Source: Candidatus Eiseniibacteriota bacterium (GTDB taxonomy: Bacteria > Eisenbacteria > RBG-16-71-46). Taken from it: a DNA stretch of 31,676 nt. The stretch covers positions 1-31,676 of the forward strand of contig JANLOX010000279.1 in NCBI GenBank assembly GCA_031366795.1, written 5' to 3'. Positions 18,525-29,400 of the stretch are shown here, in pieces. Position 1 is the stretch's first letter. Each line of letters opens with the position of its first letter. The notes beneath the pieces were generated by a model. The model did not search any database, was not told the DNA's origin, and was given only the letters and a program-made list of their open reading frames with translations. Both the position numbers and the translations under genes were made by a program.

Positions 18525-18622
18525 GCGCTCAAGGATGGCTAGTATGCTCCGCGGCCCGTGCGTAGGCCTGCTCGAGTGCATACACGCCATGGTTCGCTCC
18601 CAGTTTCGATGGACGGAGGCGC

Positions 18623-20080
18623 ATGTTCCGCAAGGTACTCATCGCCAACCGGGGCGAGATCGCGCTGCGCGTGATCCGGGCCTGCCGTGAATTGAACATC
18701 GCCACCGTCGCCGTGTTCAGCCAGGCCGACCGCGATAGCCTGCATGTGCGGCTGGCCGATGAGTCGGTGTGCATCGGGCCGGCGGCGCCGCAGCAGTCCT
18801 ACCTGCATATCGCGCGCATCATCTCGGCCGCCGAAGTCACGGGTTCCGACGCCATCCATCCCGGCTACGGCTTCCTGTCCGAGAACGCGCACTTCGCCGA
18901 GGTTTGCGCCTCGAGCGGCTTCACGTTCATCGGGCCGACGCCCGACATGATCCGCAAGATGGGCGACAAGGCCGTGGCGCGTAAGACGATGATCGCCGCG
19001 GGGCTGCCGCTCGTGCCGGGCAGCCCGGGCGTGCTCGAGAATGCGGACGAAGCGGGTTCGATCGCCCGCCAGATCGGCTACCCGGTGATCATCAAGGCCG
19101 CGGCCGGCGGCGGTGGCCGCGGCATGCGCGTCGCTTGGGACGACAAGTCGGTGCGCACCAGCTTCGGCATCGCCGAGGCCGAGGCGCGCACCGCCTTCAA
19201 CAACCCGGCGCTGTACCTCGAGAAGTACATCGCCCGGCCGCGCCACATCGAGTTCCAGTTGTTCGGAGACACGCACGGCAACCTGATCCACCTGGGCGAG
19301 CGCGAGTGCTCAGTGCAGCGCAATCACCAGAAGCTGATCGAGGAATCGCCGAGCCCGTTCCTGTCGCCCGAGCAGCGCCTGAAGGTCGGCGAGCTCGCGG
19401 TGCGCGGCGCCAAGTCGATCGGTTACGTGAACGCCGGCACCATGGAGTTCCTGTTCGACCAGAGTGGCTCGTTCTACTTCATGGAGATGAACACGCGCAT
19501 CCAGGTCGAGCATCCGGTCACCGAAGAAGTGACGGGGCTGGATCTCGTGAAGGAACAGATCATGGTGGCTGCGGGTGAGCCGCTGTCGGTCAAGCAGTCC
19601 GAGGTCGAATGGCGCGGCCACTCGGTAGAGTGCCGCATCAACGCCGAGGATTACACGTTGGGGTTCCGCCCGAGCCCCGGCCAGATCACCTACTCCTACA
19701 AGCCCGGCGGCCCGGGGATTCGCGTCGACAGCCACATCTACGCCGGCTACACCGTGCCGCCGTACTACGACTCAATGATCGGCAAGCTGATCTCGCGCGG
19801 CAAGACGCGCGAGGAAGCCGTACGACGCATGGAGATGGCGCTCGACGAGATGATCATCGAAGGCATCAAGACGACGATTCCGTTCCATCGCCTGGCGTTG
19901 CAGCACCCGCGCTTCAAGGCTGGGGATATCGACACGCACTTCGTCGAGGAGCTGCTGAAGCCGGCGGCGGGCTCGGGTGCCCCCGCAACGGGGGGCCGCA
20001 TGGCCACAGCGCAGCCGGTGGTGGCCACGGAGCCAGCGGCTGTGGCGGTTGCGAGCGGGCGCAAGCGCGGCCGACGCTAG
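18623..20080 (+). CDS. accC: Acetyl-CoA carboxylase biotin carboxylase subunit
   Basis: [80 protein letters not shown]. Confidence 0.98.
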   Translation: MFRKVLIANRGEIALRVIRACRELNIATVAVFSQADRDSLHVRLADESVCIGPAAPQQSYLHIARIISAAEVTGSDAIHPGYGFLSENAHFAEVCASSGFTFIGPTPDMIRKMGDKAVARKTMIAAGLPLVPGSPGVLENADEAGSIARQIGYPVIIKAAAGGGGRGMRVAWDDKSVRTSFGIAEAEARTAFNNPALYLEKYIARPRHIEFQLFGDTHGNLIHLGERECSVQRNHQKLIEESPSPFLSPEQRLKVGELAVRGAKSIGYVNAGTMEFLFDQSGSFYFMEMNTRIQVEHPVTEEVTGLDLVKEQIMVAAGEPLSVKQSEVEWRGHSVECRINAEDYTLGFRPSPGQITYSYKPGGPGIRVDSHIYAGYTVPPYYDSMIGKLISRGKTREEAVRRMEMALDEMIIEGIKTTIPFHRLALQHPRFKAGDIDTHFVEELLKPAAGSGAPATGGRMATAQPVVATEPAAVAVASGRKRGRR

Positions 20081-20101
20081 CCGGACGCCTGTGGCAGTGC
20101 G

Positions 20102-20818
20102 ATGCGGATAGCCGTTCGTCTCGCGGCCCCGGCCGTGGGCAGCACCGCACGGTCGGAGTTGCGTGGTGATCCGCGCGAGTGGTCCGCGGTGATCGTCGAT
20201 GTGCTGCGCGCGACCTCGACGCTGACGCTGGCGCTCGCCAATGGAGCGCGCGGCGTCGAAGCGTTTGCGGATCCCGCGCTCGCGATGGCGCGCCGCGCCG
20301 GGGACGCGAGCGTGCTGGCATGCGGTGAGCGGGACGGGCGCAAGGTCGAGGGGTTTGATCTGGGCAACTCGCCCCTCGAGTACACGCGCGACCGCGTCGA
20401 GGGGCGCACGCTGGCATTCGCCTCGACCAACGGCTCACTGGCGATGCTCGCGACCGCGGGCTGCGCGCGGCGCACGTTGGGCGCCTTCATCAACGCGACC
20501 GCGGTGCTGCAGCGCATTCGCGAGGGGCGCCCGAGCAACCTGCTGATCGCCTGCGCGGGCAAGCTCGGTGGCTTTGCGCTCGAGGACACGGCGTTCGCGG
20601 GCTGGCTGTGCGCGGCCCTGGTGCGCGAGGGCGCGACACTCGAGGGTGCCGCGGAGCGGCTGAGCTGCGCGCTAGCCCCGCGCGATGCCGCCGAGGTGCG
20701 CGCCGCGGTCGAGGGCAGCTCGCATGGCCGCACGCTGCGCCGCATGGGCGACTCGTTCGCGCGCGACGTGGAATTCTGCGCGGGTCTCGACCGCGTGGGC
20801 GAGGCGTTCGACGTTTAG
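20102..20818 (+). CDS. comB: 2-phosphosulfolactate phosphatase family protein
   Basis: VIVDVLRATST, CGERDG..VEGFDLGNSPLEY, STNGS, ACAG..G.FALED..FAG. Confidence 0.9.
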   Translation: MRIAVRLAAPAVGSTARSELRGDPREWSAVIVDVLRATSTLTLALANGARGVEAFADPALAMARRAGDASVLACGERDGRKVEGFDLGNSPLEYTRDRVEGRTLAFASTNGSLAMLATAGCARRTLGAFINATAVLQRIREGRPSNLLIACAGKLGGFALEDTAFAGWLCAALVREGATLEGAAERLSCALAPRDAAEVRAAVEGSSHGRTLRRMGDSFARDVEFCAGLDRVGEAFDV

Positions 20819-20862
20819 CCGGCCCGCGCGGCACTCGCCGGGGCGGCGCCGCTAACATGTCG

Positions 20863-21942
20863 CTACTGGCGCTGCGCCTGCGCCATCATGATCACGCCGA
20901 TCACGCCGAACACGATGTCGCCGATCCACGCGGCAAGGTAGGGCGGTAGCGTTCCGCCGTGTCCCAGCGCCTGCCCCGTGCGCATGAAGGCGTAGTAGAA
21001 AAAGGCGATCAGGATCGACAGCCCGAAGCCGAGGGCCGCTCCCTGCATGCGCAGCCGTGTGGCGAGTGCTGCGCCGATCAGCACGACGATGAAATTGACC
21101 AGCGGGAACGCCAACTTCAGGTGCAGGTCGACGAGGAAGTTCTCGACGCGCGCGCCACTGGAGCGCAGCCGGATCACGTAGGCGCGCAGCTCGCGGTAAC
21201 TCATCTCGTCCGGCTCGGGCGTCTTCTTGGAGAAGTCGTCGGGGCGCTCGGTGATCCCTTCGACGCCCATTCGCGTGAACGGTTCGGCGTGCTCGTGGCC
21301 CTCATCGAAGGTGCGCAGGAAGCCATCCTCGAACACCCAGCGTTTGCCATCCCATTGCGCGACCCTGGCGTCGAGCCGGCGCACGAGTTCGCCGCTCTCG
21401 AACTCCTGCAGCGACACGTCGTGCATGCGCTGGGTCACCGCATCGTAGAGCCGGATGTAGAAGATGCGGCCGCCCGTGCCGAGATAGGTAACGTCCGCGC
21501 GCTCAGTGGGATTGTCGCGGCGCAGGTCTTGAATTTGCACGGTGTAGATGTGGTCGCGCTCGCGATTGGCCGGCGGCACGAGGAATTCGCCGATCAACAG
21601 CGAAGCAACGGAGGCGAACAAGGCCAGGACGAAAATGGGCATCAGGATGCGCCGCAGCGACAACCCCGCCGTGCGCATCGCCGTCAATTCACCGAACTTG
21701 CCGAGCTGGCCGAGTGACAGGAACGTGGCCAGCATCAACGCCACGGGCTGCACCTGCACGATCACTTCGGGCGCGCGGAAGGCATAGAACCGCGCGATCG
21801 TCCAGAATGGCGCGTTGTGGTCGAGGAACACGTCGGCCTTCTCGATGATGTCGACGACCACGAAGATGGCGATGAAGCCCACCAGCCCGAGCGCCAGGTA
21901 GACCATGAATTCGCGCATCAAGTAGCGGTCGAGGATGCGCAT
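20863..21942 (-). CDS. lptG: LPS export ABC transporter permease (LptG-like)
   Basis: MRILDRYLMREF, GELTAMRTAGLS, PDEMSYRELR, LAFPL, LPPYLAAW; TGATG coupling to the upstream paralog fixes the start at 21942. Confidence 0.9.
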   Translation of the reverse strand: MRILDRYLMREFMVYLALGLVGFIAIFVVVDIIEKADVFLDHNAPFWTIARFYAFRAPEVIVQVQPVALMLATFLSLGQLGKFGELTAMRTAGLSLRRILMPIFVLALFASVASLLIGEFLVPPANRERDHIYTVQIQDLRRDNPTERADVTYLGTGGRIFYIRLYDAVTQRMHDVSLQEFESGELVRRLDARVAQWDGKRWVFEDGFLRTFDEGHEHAEPFTRMGVEGITERPDDFSKKTPEPDEMSYRELRAYVIRLRSSGARVENFLVDLHLKLAFPLVNFIVVLIGAALATRLRMQGAALGFGLSILIAFFYYAFMRTGQALGHGGTLPPYLAAWIGDIVFGVIGVIMMAQAQRQ

Positions 21943-23327
21943 CAGGCCACGCGCGTTCCGGGCAGGGCGCGGCGTTGGCTCTTGAGCAACTCGCACGCTT
22001 CGAGCGTCCAGCGCACCCCGAACCAGCCGATGACAATGTTCGCCAGCCACATCGCGAGCCACGGCGGTAACAGCAGGCGGTTCGCGAGTTCCTCGCCGCC
22101 GACCAGGCACAGGTAGTAGAACAGGAAGAAGGCGATCGACACGAACGCCACCGCGGGACCGGCACGGCGCACGCGCATGCCGATCGGCGCGCCGACCAGC
22201 ACGAACACCACGCAGGCGGCGGGCAACGAAAACTTCTTGTGGAACTCGACGGACAGCGTGGCGATCCGACGCATCATCGCGTCGCGCTCGATCGCCCACA
22301 TCTCGATCTCGTTGCGGATCGCGGCGGTGCGCTCACCGAGTTGCTCGACGGGATCGCGCCGGAACCCGATCAAGCGCAGCGTGCTCATCACGGCGATCAA
22401 CCACTGGGGCTGGTCGGGGGCAAAGCGGCGGAAGTCATCCTCGCTGACCCCCAGCAACTGCAGGCGTTCGACGCGCCGGGCGCGCTCGACCTGGTACTGC
22501 GCCTGGAACTTGTCGCGTTCGGCGAGCAGGTCGGCGGCGCTCATTTCGCGATCACTGCGGGCGCCGCCGATCGTGCGTTCGAGCATGCCGCCGACGCCGG
22601 GGATGTAGAGTGTGTGAGTCTTGAACACCAGCCGCCGGTACTTGCGCGCGCCCTCGTGCGCTTCCTCAGCGGGGATCTCGTGGATCTCGCCATCCTGCAG
22701 CGACAGCACCGCGGTGCCGCCATCGGGCGTGTAGCGCAGCATGCCGCGCTTGGCGAGGATGGTGGTCGGCGGGCCATTGGGGTTCGTCTGGTAGATGGTG
22801 ATGCCACGCATCTCGCTGGTGCGGCCATTGACCTGCTGGACGAGCAGGTTGTAGCCGGGGAAGTCGTTGACGAACACGCCTTCCTGTAACTTGACGGTGG
22901 GGCGCATGCGGCTGATATCCACGAGCAGGCCGGCGAAGGCGTGGTTCGTCTCGGGGAGGACATAGTTGTTGAACAGGGTTAGCCCTACGGCCACCGTCAC
23001 GGCGGCGAGCAAGGGACCGGTCAGCACCGAGGCCAGGTTGACCCCGCTCGAGCGCAGGGCGGTGATCTCGTTGTCCTGGGACAACCGGCCAAAAGTCATC
23101 AGGACGGCCACCAGGACCGCGCAGGGGACCGAAAGGGCAAGGATATAGCCCAATGAAAGCAGGAACAGTTGGGCCACGATCCCGGCGGATACCCCCCGGT
23201 TCACGATCAGGTCGAGGTAGTCGAACAACACGTCCATTTCAAGAATGAACGTTACGACCCCTAACCCGAGTAGAAATGGAACCAGATGTTGCCGAAGAAT
23301 GTAGTTACGGAGGATCCGCATGCTCAT
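21942..23327 (-). CDS. lptF: LPS export ABC transporter permease (LptF-like)
   Basis: MRILRNYIL, FGRLSQDNEITALRSSG, EGVF, EFHKKFSLPAAC, AMWLAN; start may be 23321. Confidence 0.9.
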   Translation of the reverse strand: MSMRILRNYILRQHLVPFLLGLGVVTFILEMDVLFDYLDLIVNRGVSAGIVAQLFLLSLGYILALSVPCAVLVAVLMTFGRLSQDNEITALRSSGVNLASVLTGPLLAAVTVAVGLTLFNNYVLPETNHAFAGLLVDISRMRPTVKLQEGVFVNDFPGYNLLVQQVNGRTSEMRGITIYQTNPNGPPTTILAKRGMLRYTPDGGTAVLSLQDGEIHEIPAEEAHEGARKYRRLVFKTHTLYIPGVGGMLERTIGGARSDREMSAADLLAERDKFQAQYQVERARRVERLQLLGVSEDDFRRFAPDQPQWLIAVMSTLRLIGFRRDPVEQLGERTAAIRNEIEMWAIERDAMMRRIATLSVEFHKKFSLPAACVVFVLVGAPIGMRVRRAGPAVAFVSIAFFLFYYLCLVGGEELANRLLLPPWLAMWLANIVIGWFGVRWTLEACELLKSQRRALPGTRVA

Positions 23328-23381
23328 GCAGCCTACCCCATTGGCCGGTCAGGGTGTGTTACGGAATTGCCGCTGCTGACT

Positions 23382-23410
23382 TTGACCCCTGCCGACCTCG
23401 CTGATACGGT
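23382..23410 (+). promoter_or_regulatory. Putative sigma-70 promoter of sprA
   Basis: TTGACC (23382-23387), 17 nt spacer, TACGGT (23405-23410) with extended -10 TG. Confidence 0.55.
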
Positions 23411-23452
23411 GGCTCAAGGCGCTTCCCGTCTGGGAAGGGCCATTAATTTTCA

Positions 23453-26400
23453 ATGCCCATGTGGATAAGCCTCGGCCTTTCGGTCGCCCTGCTGGTTAAC
23501 GTACCGTTCTTCGGCCGCGTCGATGTCCAGCGCATGCTGCGGTCCCGGCACACCCATCCCACAGCGGCCGACTCGCTGCCCCCACCGTGGCGCAATGCCT
23601 CCCGGCTCGCCCTCGAGAACCAGTTCGTCCAGGCGGAGCTGCCGGACCTGAGCCGCGGACCGGGGACCACGTTGCGGTTCAACGCCGACCCGCGCGACCT
23701 CCACATCCAGGTGGACCCCGACTCGGGGACCCTGCGCACGGCGCCGGAGTTCGGGGACGTCGCGGTGGGTGAAGGCGCCTCGTGGCCGCTCGGCCCCTAC
23801 GGCAGCCTCGCGATGTCGCGCGCGTTCCAGCGCAACTGGAACAAGAATTCGCTGGCGAACATCAACAGCTTAGGGATCAGCACGCCGCAGGGTCCGCGCC
23901 AGGGCGGTTACTCGATCGCGCTCCCACGGCTGCCCGGCAAACTCGGGAATTTGGCGGGCGCGGGTGGCCCTTCAATCAACGTCAGTGGTTCTGAGGCGAT
24001 TCGCATCTCGGGCACCAGCAACTGGACCAACCAGCAGGTCGGCCCGCTGGGGCAGAAGCGTTCGTTGTTCCCTTCGCTCGATATGCAGCAAGACTTAAAT
24101 ATCCAGCTCGAGGGCCAGCTGTCCGACCGCATCCGCGTCAACCTGTTGCAGAACTCCGCCAACCAGATCCCGCTGTCGAACCGCATCGCCATCAACTACC
24201 GCGGCGATGAAGACGCATTGTTCCAGCAGGTCGATCTCGGCAACACCAACCTGACCCTGCCCGGCACGCAGTACGTCTCCTACAGCGGCAAGAACGAAGG
24301 CTTGTTCGGCATGAAGGCGACCTCGCGGCTGGGGCCGCTCGACTTCACCCTGCTCGCCAGTAAACAGGAGGGACGCAGCGAGCGGGCGTCCTATGGCGGC
24401 GGGGCGTCCAAGCAGAACTCGACCATCCGCGACCTCGAGTACATCCACGGCGTGTACTTCTTCCTCAATGATCCCGCCGAGGGCCGCTACGAAATCGCCG
24501 ACGCGACGCTCAGGGTGTTCATGGACGACGGCATCTCGAGCAACGACGTGGGTGCGCTACAGCTGGGTTTGGCGATGCCCGATCCCACCGTGGCGGCAAA
24601 TGTTGCCCGGGTGACCCATGAGGCAGATAGCCTTGCGAGCTATCCCCCGGGGTCGCGCGACCCTGGACCCCTGGCGCTGCGTGGCAACTTCAACCTGCTG
24701 ACTCCGGGCGCGGACAAGGACTACGAGATCCTCGGCGACATCTACGGCACCGGCTGGAAAATCATCCGCCTGACGCAGCCGTTGATCGGCAGCCAGCGTC
24801 TGGCGGTGACCTATGAGCGTCGCAAGGTGCTCGCGGGAAATGCGCTGGGGCCCGCGGTCAATGTCGGCGCGAGCTCGCTCTTGGATCTCACCACGGACCG
24901 CAATGGAGAAAAGCGGCTGTTGATGAAGTTGATCAGGATTCCGAACGACATCATCGGGCCGCTGGCGCCCGGGGGAGTAGCTGCCCCGTTCGACACGACC
25001 AAGGCGCTGTTCCCGGTGCGCGAGCTCGAGATGCGCAACTTCTACAACCTCGGCGGCCAGCGCATCGACCCCACCACCTTCAAGCTGACGATTCGCAAGA
25101 CGCTGACCGAGCCGCCCAAGGTGAACGCCAATACCACCGTCGGCCAGGTGCCCTACATCGAAATTCTCGGGCTCGACAACCTCAACGAGTCCATCGACCC
25201 GCCGCAGAAGAAAGCGCATGACGGCAAGGTGGACGGCACCGTGTTGTCCAGTTCGCTGCGGACGTTCATCGATTACGAGAACGGCACGCTGTTCTTTCCC
25301 GAGCCGCGGCCGTTCGCGCCGCGATTGGGTCCGGGCGGCAACGCGTTCGACCAGGCGGTCAGCAATATCCTGTTCCGCCGCGACAGCCTGACGGGGCCCC
25401 AGGACTCGGATACTGAACCGAACAGCGCGCTGTACTCGCACTACAACATTCAAGGGGACATCGACGCGCGCTACTTCATGAGCGTCGAGTTCACCGCCGC
25501 GCGCGCCTCGGGTGAGGTTTCGCTCGGCCGCGGCAACCTGCTCGAGGGCTCGGAAGTCGTCACCATCAACGGGACCGCCCTGCATCGCGGCACCGACTAC
25601 GAGATCGACTACGACCTGGGCCGTATGACCTTGAAGCGGCAGTTGGGTCCCGCCGACAACCTCAACGTCGACTACTCGTACGCGCCATTGTTCCAGCAGG
25701 CCGGCCGCACACTGATCGGCAGCGCCTTCAGCCTGCAGGGCAAGGACCGCAGCTTCGGCGGCGCGTTTATGTACGAAAGCCGGGGCGCCCAGGACCTGCG
25801 CCCGCGACTCGGCGAAGAACCTGCGCGCAGCTTGATCGGCGACCTCAACACCGACTGGATGTTTAGGCCGCAGTGGATGACGCGCGCCATCGACATGCTG
25901 CCGGGCGTGCGCACCACGGCGCCCTCGGATTTTCGTTTCCAGGCCGAAGTGGGCGCATCGTTCCCGAATCCCAACACGCGCAACCAGGTCTATATCGACG
26001 ACATGGAAGGCGTGCGCGATGCCGTTTCGCTGACGATGGACCAGAGCCACTGGCGCTGGAGCAGCGTGCCGAAGCGCGCCGTGACGGTATCCGACGGCCG
26101 TGCCGGAATCATCGAATCGATGCTCGACGTCGAGGATCGGGCCGACGGTCACTTCAAGAACGCCGAGACGCACTGGTATTCGCCGTATGCCGTGGTCAAG
26201 GAAGGCGACCTCAAGCCGACGCTGACCGATGCGCAGGGCAAGCAGAACACGCGGCAGGTGCTCGCGATCTCGGTGCCGAGGCGCCCGCTGACCTCGAACT
26301 CGAACCCCGCCACGCTCGACACGTTGTGGTCGGGGCTGACGTATTCGCTCGATCCCGTGGGGCTCGACCTCACCAAGTCGCAGTTTCTCGAACTGTGGGT

Positions 26401-29400
26401 CAACGACTTCAACGACCACCACGACCCCGGCACTGCAAGCCCGCGCATCCGCGGACGCCACGTCAAAATTCACATCGATCTGGGCAAGGTCAGCGAAGAC
26501 CAGATGCGCGCGCCGAACGAGCGGCCGAACAAGCTGCCCGACTCCGAGGACAAGCAGCCGCGCGACGGCCAGCTCGATGTGACGCCCGGCCGCAATGAGG
26601 ACACGGGGTTGGATGGGTTGCTCGACGACGAGGAACTCACGGCGATCACGCCTGTCGACGGCGTCTACCGCGATCTCATGACCTCGAGCTCGAGCGATCC
26701 CGAGGGCGACGACTTCGAAACGCCGGGGAGCAACTCAACCTTCAAGGAAGAGATCGATGCGCGCCGCTACCTGCGCACGAACGGCACCGAAAAGGACAAG
26801 AACCTCAATCCCTACCCCGAGACCGAGGACTTCAACCTCAACGGCAATCTCGACACGGACGAGAACTACTTCGAGTACACGATCGACCTCGGCGATGACG
26901 CCGGCCGCTACCTGGTGACGGACCTGCAACAGCTGCGGAATTCGGCGGAGCCGGGCTATTCAGCCGTGAGCATCGACAACGGTTGGCGCCGTTATCGCAT
27001 CCCAGTCAACGATTCGTTGCGCATCCAGTTCGGCGTGCCGGACTTGAGCATCGCGCAGCATGTGCGCGTGTGGCTCGATGGGCTAACGCTGCCCGACCTG
27101 CCCGCGGATTCCACGCTGCTGGCCGGTAACAAGCACGTCGAGCGGCCGCTGCTGATGCTGGGCAGTCTCGACATCGTGGGCAGCCGCTGGCGTTCGGTCG
27201 CGCTCGATACCACGGAAGTGCGCGCCGGCTCGACGCTGACGCTCAACTCCGTGAACTCGGTCGACAACGCCGACGTCTACACCGCCCCGTTCGACCCCGG
27301 CCAGACGCGCAACGGCAACCAGGCGCTGACGCGGCGGGAGCAGTCGATCTCGCTCGAGTTCTCCCGGCTGCATGCCCAGAACGAGGTCGAGGCCTACAAG
27401 ACGTTCTCGCTGGATGAAGACTACAGCCGCTACGGCAAGCTCAACTGGTATGCGACCGGCTTCGACGTGCACGATTCGACGGGCGCGATCCGCAACCCCG
27501 GCCTCTATTACTTCGTGCGTTTCGCTTCCGATGAGCAGGGCCGCAACTACTACGAGTATCGCGCGCCGCTGCCGGTGTCGGCGGCGCCCCGCGGCACGGC
27601 GTGGCAGGAAGTTCAGCTCGAGCTCACCGAATTGTCCAACATCAAGCTCGACCGGCGATTCCCCACCGGCCGCGACACGTTGTTCGCGGTGCCGCGCACC
27701 GCAGGCTCGCTCGATACCCTGATCGTCAAGGGCAGGCCGTCGTTCACGCGGCTGCGGCGCATCTCGTTCGGTCTCGTGAACCTGCTGCCGGACGGCTACT
27801 ACCGCGATGGGCAGTTGTGGTTCAACGAACTGCGCGCAATCGATGTCGCCAAGGATCACGGCTACGCCGAACGCATCGCCGTCAACGGGCGGCTGGCCAA
27901 CCTGTTCTCATACAACCTGGCGTGGAACGGCCGGGACGAAAATTTCATCAGTGTCGGCGAGTCGCGCGGCAGCGGTACCGCGACCAGCAGCTTCGGCTTC
28001 AGCGGCAACCTCGACCTGCACCGGTTCTTCGAGGGCACCGGCATCATCCTGCCGATGACCTTCAACTACTCGCAGGGCCGCCAGAAGCCGCGCTACAGCG
28101 CCGGCGACGACATTGTTCGTGGTAATGCCGATATCGAGCGTAGCCAGACCTTCACCGACAACCGCTCGTGGGGGGTCTCCTACTCACGCACCTGGAGCTC
28201 GCGCGCTAATCCGCTGCTGCTCTACACCGTGGGTGGCCTGACCGCGAATTACAATGCCTCGAACAGCCACTCGTTGTCGCCGCTCGGGGGAGACCAGAAC
28301 AACTCCTCATCGGGAACGCTGAACTACAACATCGCGCCGCGGAACCTGCTGACCGTGCCGTTGTTGCTCACCAAATCAAAGTTCCACCCGTTGCCCGAGC
28401 GCGCCTATGCGAATTACCGCTTCGACCGCCGCGACGGCCAGACATCGGACCGCAACAACGTGACCGGTGGGCTCGATGACCGCGCACCCGTGACGGGCAA
28501 GTCCGGCACCATCAACATGGGCGCCGACACGCGGCCGCTCGACTTCTACCATCACCACATCGAAGCGGTGCGCAACACCAACCTGCGCGCCTACGACTCC
28601 AAGGGTAAGCCGATCGGCCTGGGACTGGGCCGCGTGATCACGTGGAACCAGACCAACGACGTGAGTTTTTCGCCGCACGTGCTGCAATGGCTGCGGCCGC
28701 AGTTGAGCTGGAATTCGCGGTTCGGCCAGAACAACGGTCCCGAGTTGTCTCAGGACTTGAGCATACGCTCGATCCAGAACGGCCAGCAGGGAACCGTCAG
28801 CTGGGAGTTGCCGTTCGGCAACCTGTCAAACGCGAACGCCATGACCCGCGTGCAACAGCAGGCGCCGCCGGATTCCGGGAAAGCCAGGCAGAAGCCCCAC
28901 GGTCCGGCGCTGTGGCGGCAGCTGACGGGGCGCCTCGGCACCATTCGCGGCGAGTTTGCGCTCAACCGCGGCAGCAGTTACTCGCGCGTCATCGGCATGC
29001 CGGGACCGCTCTACTTGTTTGGTTTGACCAGCGATCCGTCCATCAGCCCGGACTCCACCACGCGCGTCACCTCCGTCACCGGCAACCAGGCGACGACATC
29101 GACCGGCTGGCGGACCAGTGGCCGCACGACCGTGCAGTTGCCGTGGAGCATGTCGGCGGCCACAAGCGCGGAATTCGAGACGCGCTTCTCGACGGCCAAC
29201 GGCGCCGAGCGCGGCTCGGACCAGTTGCGCTTCCCCGACATCACGCTCGACTATGGCCAGATGGCGACCGTGTTGAAGATCAACAAGCTGATTCGCAATC
29301 CGCAGCTGCGTTCCGCGCTGAACCGGCAGGTCTCAAAGGAATACCAGGATGGCCACACCGTGAAGACCGGTGTGACGACGCTGACCCAATACCGTCCGTT

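Noticed and set aside
20102..20818. Coenzyme M biosynthesis
   Set aside because: ComB-family genes are widespread as orphans; no comA, comC, comD or comE in the window
21943..22299. N-terminal extension of lptG in the ORF track
   Set aside because: Overlaps lptF; the true start is the TGATG-coupled ATG at 21942 (MRILDRY)
24557..26473. 638-aa minus-strand ORF
   Set aside because: Antisense shadow inside sprA with no recognisable domain
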